Source of the DNA: an uncultured Nitrospirales bacterium
Lineage (GTDB): Bacteria > UBA10199 > JADGCS01
Reading direction: 5' to 3'
Assembly (NCBI GenBank): GCA_964609965.1
Contig: CAZSTS010000011.1
Span: 5,099-69,098, forward strand
Length of the DNA stretch: 64,000 nucleotides
The notes beneath the pieces were generated by a model, which saw nothing but the letters and a program-made list of their open reading frames with translations, was not told the origin of the DNA and did not search any database. A program made the position numbers and the translations under genes. Below, in pieces: positions 37,974 to 46,460 of the stretch; within the stretch, counting starts at the first letter, position 1, and the number at the start of each line of letters is the position of its first letter.

Positions 37974-39692
37974 CTAATCCTCTATCACAACTCGCATGAC
38001 ATCATCAAGGCTAGCAATTCCCATTTCGACTTTGGCTATACCATCTTCGAGAAGAAGAGGCATGTTGTTATTTCGCATGTACTTCATGATTTCATTTGAA
38101 CCTGCATTATTGTGAATCAGTTTGCGAACATCAGCATTAATAGGCAACATTTCAAAAACACCAACACGACCGCTTTTGTATCCTGTGAAATTACATTCTT
38201 CACATCCTTTTGAAATATAATTTTTCTTGAGTGGAATATTATACGCATTTTCTGTGCTACACTCTTGGCGACAGCTTGGGCATATGTTTCTCACAAGCCT
38301 TTGGGCCAAAACACCTTTAAGTGAACTAGCGATCATAAAAGATTCAATCCCAATATCTCTGAGACGATCAACCGCACCCGCAGCTGTGTTTGTATGAAGC
38401 GTTGATAAAACCATATGGCCTGTGATGGCTGCACGAGCAGCAATCTCTGCAGTCTCAGCATCACGAATTTCACCAATCATAATAATGTCTGGATCCTGCC
38501 TGAGGGCCGCACGAAGAACCTTAGCAAATGTGAGCCCTGTTTTTTCGCTTACACTAATTTGATTAACGCCTTCTATTTCATTTTCGACAGGATCTTCGAT
38601 TGTCATAATATTAACTTCGGGTGAGTTAATTCTCATGAGGCCTGCGTACATGGTTGTTGTTTTACCAGATCCTGTTGGGCCTGTTACTAAGAAAATCCCA
38701 TGTGGCTTTGAAATAATGTCAGTAAATATTTTACGGTCTCGTTCTACAAAGCCCAATCCCTCAATGGTTTTTACTGTGTCCTTTGAAAACAATCTCATAC
38801 ATACTTTTTCACCAAACTGTGTGGGACAAGTATTCACACGCATATCTAATGGTTTTCCCATGAGCTTAACACGCGCTCTACCATCTTGTGGAATACGATG
38901 TTCGGCAATATTGAGTGAGCACATAATTTTGATGCGGCTCACCACACCCATATGCATGGTCTTTGGAACGGCACCGCGCTCTCTCATCACCCCATCAATG
39001 CGATAGCGAATGCGGCAACTCTCTCGAAATGGTTCAACGTGAATATCACTCGCTCCCTCTTTTTTTGCTCGAGCGATAATGTTGTTTACAGTGGCTATGA
39101 TCTTTGGTCCAGATGCCATTTCTCGGATTTTTTTTGTTTCGACCTCAGCTTCAACTTCCTCTGAGTCTGTAAGCTCCATCGTTACACTAGAGCTATCTAC
39201 AGTGCTAGAACGTGAATGGTGTTTTTCTAGCATCTCAAGTATGCTATGTGCTGAACCAAGTTTTTTATCTATACCCGCTGGAAAATATCCCCTTAAATCT
39301 TCCATGGCAGAAGGATCATTTGGATCGGCCATCACAACAACAACTTCACCATCCTCTTTTTTGTACATGGGCAATGCCAAATGTTTTTTTGAAAGGTGAA
39401 ATGGCATGCTCCTTAATATTTCTACATCGATTTCCTCAGAAGTGGGCTTGTGAACAGGAAGGCCGAGTTTTCGTGACAAAAACTGAATCAGGGCATCTTC
39501 CTCTATAAAGCCACGAGAAATAAGAATCTGCCCCAAATCATGACCCAAGTGATCGGAACTTGCTTGAGCGAGAGCGAGTTGGTCCTTTGTGACCAGATTC
39601 TCTTTCACCAAACCCTTGGCAAAAGCTTCGATCATATGACCAGTGACTGCAACTCGCTTCTTCTTTTTTAATTGGTCCGAGCTATTCTTCAT
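37974..39692 (-). CDS. pilB: Type IV pilus assembly ATPase (PilB/MshE/GspE)
   Basis: ASDIHVEP, GPTGSGKTTT, LRQDPD, GHMVLSTLHTN, CxxC...CxxC; degenerate MshEN-like N-terminus. Confidence 0.93.
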   Translation of the reverse strand: MKNSSDQLKKKKRVAVTGHMIEAFAKGLVKENLVTKDQLALAQASSDHLGHDLGQILISRGFIEEDALIQFLSRKLGLPVHKPTSEEIDVEILRSMPFHLSKKHLALPMYKKEDGEVVVVMADPNDPSAMEDLRGYFPAGIDKKLGSAHSILEMLEKHHSRSSTVDSSSVTMELTDSEEVEAEVETKKIREMASGPKIIATVNNIIARAKKEGASDIHVEPFRESCRIRYRIDGVMRERGAVPKTMHMGVVSRIKIMCSLNIAEHRIPQDGRARVKLMGKPLDMRVNTCPTQFGEKVCMRLFSKDTVKTIEGLGFVERDRKIFTDIISKPHGIFLVTGPTGSGKTTTMYAGLMRINSPEVNIMTIEDPVENEIEGVNQISVSEKTGLTFAKVLRAALRQDPDIIMIGEIRDAETAEIAARAAITGHMVLSTLHTNTAAGAVDRLRDIGIESFMIASSLKGVLAQRLVRNICPSCRQECSTENAYNIPLKKNYISKGCEECNFTGYKSGRVGVFEMLPINADVRKLIHNNAGSNEIMKYMRNNNMPLLLEDGIAKVEMGIASLDDVMRVVIED

Positions 39693-39944
39693 ATCATTAT
39701 CAATTTGTACGATTACCTTTCCTCACATTAGAAAAGGGATGTAATCATGATTCATAAGTGCTATAAATGAATCACCATCTTCTATTGTAAGGTAGAAAAA
39801 GGGTATGGCCAAGAGATTTTTATTGCTAGAAAATTTAATATAAGCAAAAATAATAGGTAAAGCTGTAATACTAAGCGTCAAAAAAACAACGCTTACGGAT
39901 ATTGATAGAATTACATCTTATTTTATAGTGAGTTAGGAGATACT

Positions 39945-41021
39945 ATGGCTAACAATATTTCATTCGACACTCTGCTACAAGAAGTTCTCGATAAGAAAGC
40001 AAGTGACCTACATATTTCTGAAGGCGCACAAGCAATGATTCGTGTAGATGGCGAATTAATACCTTCAGAGCATGCAAGCAAAACTATCCTAACAGGAGAA
40101 GACTCTTCAAAACTGTGCATGACTTACTGTGATGAGAACATGCGAAAGGATTTAGAGGAAAAACGTGAGCTAGATTTTTCATTTGATTTTCAAAACAAAG
40201 CTCGTTTCAGAGCAAATATTTTTTTTCAAACAGGGTACATGACAGGCGCCTTTAGGCCAATCCCTTCAGTGATTCCTACTATGGAAGAGCTGAAGTTACC
40301 TACTGCCCTTCAAGAGCTCACAAAAATACCACGAGGACTGATCTTGGTAACAGGCCCAACAGGGTCTGGTAAATCAACAAGCATGGCTGCCATGATTGGA
40401 CATATTAACCAAACACGTGGTGATCATATTATTACAGTTGAAGATCCAATTGAATTTGTACATTCATCGGCTAAGTCTCTTGTTGCACAAAGAGAAGTTG
40501 GAAAAGACACCCTTAGTTTTGTAAATGCCCTTAAGTACGCTCTCCGCCAAGACCCTGATACAGTGCTCATCGGCGAAATGAGAGATTACGAAACCATCGG
40601 AGCTGCCATCACTATTTCAGAAACAGGTCACCTTGTTTTTGGAACACTGCACACAAATACTGCTGTACAAACAATTAACAGAATCATCGATGTTTTTCCT
40701 TCTCACCAGCAATCACAAATCAGAACACAGCTTTCTTTTATTTTGCAGGCCGTCATTTCACAACAACTCGTCCCCAAAATTGGAGGAGGAAGACAGCTCG
40801 TGCAAGAAATCATGATTCCCAATCACGCCATCCGCAATCTTATTCGTGAAGAAAAGATCCATCAGCTCTATACGTCTATGCAAATTGGCCAATCTACTAC
40901 TGGTATGGTCACCATGAATCAAAGTCTGGCCAAGGCTTTCAAAGCCGGTCAAATTACCAAGGAAAGCGCATTCGAATTTGGTACAGACTATGATGAACTC
41001 AAAAAACTAATAGGGGCATAA
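39945..41021 (+). CDS. pilT: Type IV pilus retraction ATPase
   Basis: ASDLH, GPTGSGKST, EDPIE, GEMRD and the PilT AIRNLIRE motif. Confidence 0.96.
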   Translation: MANNISFDTLLQEVLDKKASDLHISEGAQAMIRVDGELIPSEHASKTILTGEDSSKLCMTYCDENMRKDLEEKRELDFSFDFQNKARFRANIFFQTGYMTGAFRPIPSVIPTMEELKLPTALQELTKIPRGLILVTGPTGSGKSTSMAAMIGHINQTRGDHIITVEDPIEFVHSSAKSLVAQREVGKDTLSFVNALKYALRQDPDTVLIGEMRDYETIGAAITISETGHLVFGTLHTNTAVQTINRIIDVFPSHQQSQIRTQLSFILQAVISQQLVPKIGGGRQLVQEIMIPNHAIRNLIREEKIHQLYTSMQIGQSTTGMVTMNQSLAKAFKAGQITKESAFEFGTDYDELKKLIGA

Positions 41022-41244
41022 TTTACGTAGAGCAAAAAATTCCTGCTTAAATAAATCTTCCAGCCATTTATACAAGGGTATAAAACAACCTACTTTTTAG
41101 ACATCTTAATTGATGCGTCGCAGCATATGTATTATGCTGTTATTTGGCCCCTTTTTTGAAAGCGGGTATTTTTTACCCTTTTTTATGCTTTTTAGATTGT
41201 CGTTTAACGTAAATTGGGTTTATCATTATTAATACGTTTGTTTT

Positions 41245-41271
41245 TGTATCAGGGAGGGGGTCCCTAATACA
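41245..41271 (+). promoter_or_regulatory. Conserved leader hairpin upstream of pilin 1
   Basis: TGTATCAGGGA-GGGGG-TCCCTAATACA; GGGA starts 51 nt before the ATG. Confidence 0.55.
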
Positions 41272-41302
41272 TTTAATAAACTATTAACCAAGGGGTATTT
41301 AT

Positions 41303-41665
41303 ATGAATAACAAAGGTTTTACACTAGTCGAATTGATCCTTGTGATCTCTATTATTGGTATTTTAGCTGTAACAGCTATTCCTAAATTCTATGACCTAAC
41401 AGCAAGCGCCCAACAGGCTGCTGAAGACGGCATAGTTGCTGCTGTTCGTGCGGGTATCAATAACGCTTACATGAACAACCTAGCTGCTGGTAATGACTCA
41501 TTCCCAGCAAACCTAGATGGTAACGCTACTGCAGCGTGTGCCACTTGTTTTGACACAGTGTTAAAGAACGGTATCTCTGATGGTTGGTCAAGAGCTGGTC
41601 AAGTTTACACAGCTCCTGATACCACAACTTATACATACACTCCAGCTAATGGTACCTTCCAATAA
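41303..41665 (+). CDS. Type IV pilin, MshA-like (probable major pilin)
   Basis: KG|FTLVEL class III signal peptide; PKF.DL...A; followed by its own terminator. Confidence 0.93.
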   Translation: MNNKGFTLVELILVISIIGILAVTAIPKFYDLTASAQQAAEDGIVAAVRAGINNAYMNNLAAGNDSFPANLDGNATAACATCFDTVLKNGISDGWSRAGQVYTAPDTTTYTYTPANGTFQ

Positions 41666-41690
41666 GCTTAGTGTTTAAAATATCTAATTT

Positions 41691-41725
41691 AAAGCCCGTT
41701 CAGTTTTCTGAGCGGGCTTTTTTTT
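41691..41725 (+). terminator. Rho-independent terminator
   Basis: AAAGCCCGTTCAG-tttt-CTGAGCGGGCTTT plus T run. Confidence 0.88.
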
Positions 41726-41919
41726 GACAATTTTCTATAACACGCGCTCATGCTAACTAGAAAAAGCCTCACAAGATTCACCGAGAAACAAATCCTGTAT
41801 TACACGACAAAAGACAGCTAAACCCATGTTTTATAGCCTTTATTTTGATTAACCATTTTTTTTAAAATTCCTCTATCACAACGCCAAGGAATAGCTTATA
41901 ATAGAATAGTGTTTGCATT

Positions 41920-41947
41920 TTGCCAAAGGGAGGGGTCCCCAAAGCAA
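41920..41947 (+). promoter_or_regulatory. Conserved leader hairpin upstream of pilin 2
   Basis: TTGC-CAAA-GGGA-GGGG-TCCC-CAAA-GCAA; GGGA starts 51 nt before the ATG; TATAAT at 41897-41902. Confidence 0.55.
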
Positions 41948-41978
41948 TTATCAAACACAAGATGTGAGGAAAAACAAA

Positions 41979-42350
41979 ATGAGCAACAAAGGATTCACAC
42001 TAATAGAATTAGTCCTGGTGATCTCTATTATTGGCATTCTGGCCATCATAGCCTACCCAAAATTCTATGACCTTACTGATAAAGCACAGCAAGCCTCAGA
42101 AGACGGAGTTTCAGCTGCCGTACGCTCAGGCATCAACAATGCCTATATGAATAATCTTGCAAGCGGCAACAATGCTTTCCCGACTTCTTTAGGCACTGCT
42201 CTTAACGGCAACTGCACCCCATTGAACCCATGTTTTGATGGAGTGTTAGATGTTGGCATTACTGAAAACTGGTCAAAGGTAGGCAATATATATACTGGGC
42301 CAACTGGACACCCGTACACTTTTGATAATGCGCTTGGGCTATTTCAATAA
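41979..42350 (+). CDS. Second MshA-like type IV pilin (paralog of pilin 1)
   Basis: ATG 41979 with GAGG; KG|FTLIEL; shares GINNAYMNNLA and the terminal G.FQ with pilin 1. Confidence 0.92.
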   Translation: MSNKGFTLIELVLVISIIGILAIIAYPKFYDLTDKAQQASEDGVSAAVRSGINNAYMNNLASGNNAFPTSLGTALNGNCTPLNPCFDGVLDVGITENWSKVGNIYTGPTGHPYTFDNALGLFQ

Positions 42351-42436
42351 AAGAAAATACATTTTTCCTAATTTAATCTGATCATATTTAATAATTTTCT
42401 TTTGAACCAGTTTACCTTCTTATTCCATCACCTCTC

Positions 42437-42646
42437 TGTGGAAAAAACAATTACCTGAAAATTTTCAATGGTTTACTTTCCTTTTTATTCATTGTATAGT
42501 ACAAACGATTTTGATTACATAACCAAAATCCATATTTTGTTGTTTGTGTAAAACCTAATATGGATAGTGGATTAATGTGCAGCGGGACTTATCCACACAT
42601 AGCTTTACAGCAAAACTGCGCATTAACCGCTCTTGTTTGTGGAAAA
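42437..42646. promoter_or_regulatory. Cluster of DnaA-box-like sequences
   Basis: Perfect TTATCCACA at 42589; TGTGGAAAA at 42437 and 42638; weaker TGTGTAAAA at 42545 and TATGGATAG at 42559. Confidence 0.5.
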
Positions 42647-42650
42647 ACCT

Positions 42651-43469
42651 ATGTATGATACCTATTTTGGTTTTGATGAAAAACCTTTTACGCATACGCC
42701 AAACACCAAGTTTCTCTACCTCTCTGATCAACATGAAGGCGTATTAAAAACACTGCTCTATGGCCTAGAATGCCGTATTGGCTTTATGCTGCTTACTGGT
42801 GAAGTTGGCTCTGGCAAAACAACCATTATCAGAACTCTACTTAATCTCACTGGAAACTCAATTGAAACATGTTTCATTTTTAACCCTCTCTTTAACACCC
42901 TCGACCTTGTAAGAAGTATTAACAGGGACTTTGGGAACGACTGGGAAACAAACTCTTTGCAAAAACAGATTGATGTCCTCAATCAATATCTTCTAAAAAT
43001 AAACCAAGAAGGAAAAACAGCCACACTCATCATCGATGAAAGCCAAAACCTTTCATTTGAAGCCCTCGAAATGATAAGAATGCTTTCCAACCTAGAAACC
43101 GAATCTGACAAGCTTCTCAACATCATCTTGGTTGGCCAGCCAGAGCTAGAGGAAAAACTAGCCGCAAAAAGCCTTCGACAACTCTCACAACGCATTCAAA
43201 TTCATGTAAAATTGAAACCATTAGATTATCAACAAACAAGTGGGTATATTCAGCACCGTCTTAATATTTCAGGATCAAAAGTCGCCGCCTATTTTGAAAA
43301 AGACGCTATTAAAAAAATATATAAAAAATCTCGTGGAATTCCTAGGCTCATTAATAGTATCTGTGATTTGAGTCTTATGGCGGCTTATTGTTTAAATACA
43401 CGTGTCATTGATAATAAAGTAATTAACCGAGCCCTAAAAGAGGTCCCAAGTTATGTCGCTCATCCTTGA
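42651..43469 (+). CDS. ExeA/MshM-family AAA ATPase
   Basis: MY..YFG...PF, GEVGSGKT, IIDESQ, GQPEL, GIPRLIN. Confidence 0.92.
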   Translation: MYDTYFGFDEKPFTHTPNTKFLYLSDQHEGVLKTLLYGLECRIGFMLLTGEVGSGKTTIIRTLLNLTGNSIETCFIFNPLFNTLDLVRSINRDFGNDWETNSLQKQIDVLNQYLLKINQEGKTATLIIDESQNLSFEALEMIRMLSNLETESDKLLNIILVGQPELEEKLAAKSLRQLSQRIQIHVKLKPLDYQQTSGYIQHRLNISGSKVAAYFEKDAIKKIYKKSRGIPRLINSICDLSLMAAYCLNTRVIDNKVINRALKEVPSYVAHP

Positions 43470-44289
43470 TGCTTTAAAAAAAACCGAATCCTCCAAAGAT
43501 AAAACTGAAACCCAACTAGAATCCCAGGAAGAAATCACTGGATCGTCCACAGGAACCTTTAATCCACAACCAGAAACAAACAACACGGCAAAAGCCCCTT
43601 TTCTAGATAATACAAAAAAGCGTATTTTGCTTTTTGCTGGGCTTGCTTTACTTGGGTTTGGTATTATTATTTACATAGCCTTTAGCCGAGGACTGACCGC
43701 TCTTTTCCAATTTGGAAAATCGAACACCCCTCAGGTTTCGAGCACCATAACCGTTAAAAAAACACCTCTCACAAATCCCATTGATGAAAAAAAGAAAAAA
43801 GACCAAGAAGTCATTAATCTTAAAAAAGAAGCTATAGCACTCTATCAATCATCAAAATACCTCGAAAGCTCTGAGGTCTATAAAAAGCTAGTTAACATCT
43901 TACCAGCCAACCCCGAAATCTATAACAACTATGGCCTAAGCTTAAAAAAGGCAGGAAAAACATCCGAAGCAAAACAAGTCTACCAAATTGCACTGGCCTT
44001 GAATGAGAACTACCCTGAAGGACTAAATAATCTCGCTACTATTGAAATCTCTGAGCAAAAATACAACGAAGCCAAACGACACCTAGAAAAGGCATTAGAA
44101 ATAAAATCTAATTATATTGATGCACACCTACACTTGGCAATTTGTCTAGAAAAAATGGGCGACCTCTATGATGCCATTACGCATTATCAAAACTTTCTTG
44201 ATTATTCTGAGGGCAAAGTTAGTCGAACAATTAGATTACAAGTAGAAAACAGGCTCTCGACATTAAGAGATGAACTTGTAGCCAAGTAG
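43453..44289 (+). CDS. Membrane-anchored TPR protein (ExeB/MshN-like)
   Basis: MSLILDALKK N-terminus, one transmembrane helix, TPRs (YNNYG, LNNLA, HLHLA). Confidence 0.82.
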   Translation: MSLILDALKKTESSKDKTETQLESQEEITGSSTGTFNPQPETNNTAKAPFLDNTKKRILLFAGLALLGFGIIIYIAFSRGLTALFQFGKSNTPQVSSTITVKKTPLTNPIDEKKKKDQEVINLKKEAIALYQSSKYLESSEVYKKLVNILPANPEIYNNYGLSLKKAGKTSEAKQVYQIALALNENYPEGLNNLATIEISEQKYNEAKRHLEKALEIKSNYIDAHLHLAICLEKMGDLYDAITHYQNFLDYSEGKVSRTIRLQVENRLSTLRDELVAK

Positions 44290-44306
44290 AAGGAGCTCCC
44301 TAGAAC

Positions 44307-45233
44307 ATGCTTAGTCTGAAAAAACAAAAAAACATTCTTGGCCTTGATATAGGAAGCAAGGTCACAAAAGCAGTTCAAATTTCATTTATTGGCGCAGAAA
44401 AACCTGCCATTCATATCTGTAAAATGATGCCCTCTGGATTATTAGACGAGGGATTTGAAGGAAATCTCAAAACATTTCTTAAAGACAACAAAATCTCAAC
44501 CCCTCTCGTTGCCTGTTCTGTAGATGATGCTTCTATTAAAATTCGAAAAATGGAACTCCCTAAAATGCCCGAAGCAGACCTAAAAGAGGCTATCAAGTGG
44601 AACCTAAGAGACCTTGTAGAGGGTGAAACCGATAACTTTATAGTTAATTATTCCATTATTTCCGAAATCCCCGATGATGATTCAGCTCCTATGGACATTG
44701 TGGCTTACGCAATAATGCAAGATGTTATCGTAGAGTACAAAGAAAGATTGCTACGCTTGGGACTAGAACCTTTCTTTATTGAACCTGCTGCTGTCACACT
44801 AGCTTCAACCTTGGATCGCTGCCATGGCGATGACGATAATTATATTGCAGGCATTAATATTGGTTATAAAACATCTCTTTTCTATGTTATTGGAAAACGT
44901 CTTTTTCTTTTTTCAAGACCCATGCCTGGCATCAACATCGAAACGCAAAAAAAAGAAAGTGAAACCTTTAATCAAAAGCTCGGTTTAGAAATTCAAAAGT
45001 CGATCGATACCTTTAAAGTAAATTTTAAGATGGAAGACATCAACCACCTTTATTTATCTGGTGGTGGCGCAACGCTTCCGGGGCTCGCTGACTATTTAAA
45101 ACAAAACCTTGGCTTAGCTGTAGACATATTAAACCCTTTTATCTCCTTGAGCTATGCAGACACACTTGACAAAGATATAATACCGTCAATGTTTGTACAA
45201 GCTGTTGGACTATCTTACATACAATCACAATGA
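44307..45233 (+). CDS. pilM: Type IV pilus assembly protein PilM (actin-like)
   Basis: GLDIGS, LPKM...L..AI, LSGGGA.LPGL, LNPF, AVGL. Confidence 0.88.
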   Translation: MLSLKKQKNILGLDIGSKVTKAVQISFIGAEKPAIHICKMMPSGLLDEGFEGNLKTFLKDNKISTPLVACSVDDASIKIRKMELPKMPEADLKEAIKWNLRDLVEGETDNFIVNYSIISEIPDDDSAPMDIVAYAIMQDVIVEYKERLLRLGLEPFFIEPAAVTLASTLDRCHGDDDNYIAGINIGYKTSLFYVIGKRLFLFSRPMPGINIETQKKESETFNQKLGLEIQKSIDTFKVNFKMEDINHLYLSGGGATLPGLADYLKQNLGLAVDILNPFISLSYADTLDKDIIPSMFVQAVGLSYIQSQ

Positions 45234-45865
45234 TTAAACGAATCAACCTAATAGAAAAACAGCCCTTTTCCTTTACTTATCTCAGACTTATTCAGATAGG
45301 CATGATATTCGTTCTTTTTACAGCCGTTTTGGTTGGTTACGAAATATTCCACACCAAACTATTAGAAGGTAAAATTAAAAACGCAAACACTGTTATTAAA
45401 AACCTTGAGGAACAACGCGATCAACTCATGAAAAAACCTGTAAAAGAAAAAGTTTCTGTCGGAGAGTACCAGGAGCTTCTCTACCGTATAGAACATGTAC
45501 CCTCATGGTCTAAGCTTGTTCTTAATGTTACAAGAAGCCTCCCAAACACACTTTGGTTAACAAATTTTAAATCCGTAGGGGGCTTTTCTTTGTCGAGTGA
45601 CCCTGCATCAACCAAAGGCAAAAAAAACAAATCAAAATCTAAAAAAGACAAAAAAAACTCAAAACCCGAAACCTCAAACAAAACCATTACAACCAATTAT
45701 AAGCTCGAAATTAGCGGACTGAGTTCTTCAATGAAGCATGTGACTGAACTGTCATCAACGCTTACACAAACAAAACACTTAAAGAACATTAAGGCTGAAT
45801 CTCAAAAACAGTCTTATGGATATTCTTTTATAATTATTGGAGAAATAGATACCGATGTTAAGTAG
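45230..45865 (+). CDS. pilN: PilN-like protein
   Basis: N-terminal RINL motif, transmembrane helix, coiled coil, LP..LWL; position after pilM. Confidence 0.8.
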   Translation: MIKRINLIEKQPFSFTYLRLIQIGMIFVLFTAVLVGYEIFHTKLLEGKIKNANTVIKNLEEQRDQLMKKPVKEKVSVGEYQELLYRIEHVPSWSKLVLNVTRSLPNTLWLTNFKSVGGFSLSSDPASTKGKKNKSKSKKDKKNSKPETSNKTITTNYKLEISGLSSSMKHVTELSSTLTQTKHLKNIKAESQKQSYGYSFIIIGEIDTDVK

Positions 45866-46460
45866 CCAACTGTCAAAACAAGCAAAAGTGAGAGAAACCA
45901 TTATGATTCTAGCTATCATAGCTGGAATACTTTATCTTGCTTTTGATTATCTGTATTTTCCAAAAAAAGAAAAAAACACTGAGCTCATCGAACAAATCAG
46001 CGCCCTAACAGAACGAGAAGCCTCTATTAGAAAGCTCATGAAAGCCCTAGAGCAACGACACACAAAAATGCAAGACGAGGTAAAACAACAATCTCTTACA
46101 ACAAAATCAAAAGACACACGAATTCTCATGATAACAAAATATAAAAAGTCTCTTTATAAAAACGTGTCGGACTTTTTAAACTCTGTCATGCAACAAACGT
46201 ATCAGTCTTCTGTAAATGTTGACGCCATAAAACAAGATACCCCCAAAGAAAAAAAGGGATATGAAGAAACGGGATTTTCCCTAAAATTTAATGGTAGATT
46301 CCCAAATATTATAGATTTTATACAGAACTTAGAGTCAATTCCCGCTCTCATTACACTCGATACGCTTGAAATTCGTGTGAGCAAATTAGACGTGAACATG
46401 GTCAATGTAGATATTGCGGGAACCTTTTTTAAACTGGAGAATGCCAATGCATTATATTAA
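45855..46460 (+). CDS. pilO: PilO/MshJ-like protein
   Basis: RE + transmembrane helix, coiled coil, G.F..I..FI..LE; position after pilN. Confidence 0.8.
   Translation: MLSSQLSKQAKVRETIMILAIIAGILYLAFDYLYFPKKEKNTELIEQISALTEREASIRKLMKALEQRHTKMQDEVKQQSLTTKSKDTRILMITKYKKSLYKNVSDFLNSVMQQTYQSSVNVDAIKQDTPKEKKGYEETGFSLKFNGRFPNIIDFIQNLESIPALITLDTLEIRVSKLDVNMVNVDIAGTFFKLENANALY

Noticed and set aside
41145-41160. Sigma54 site upstream of pilin 1 (TGGCCCCTTTTTTGAA)
   Set aside because: The -12 element is GA rather than GC and the -24 match is weak; not supportable without data.
42351-42650. Replication origin
   Set aside because: No dnaA/gidA/parAB context and no visible switch in strand composition; kept only as a DnaA-box cluster.
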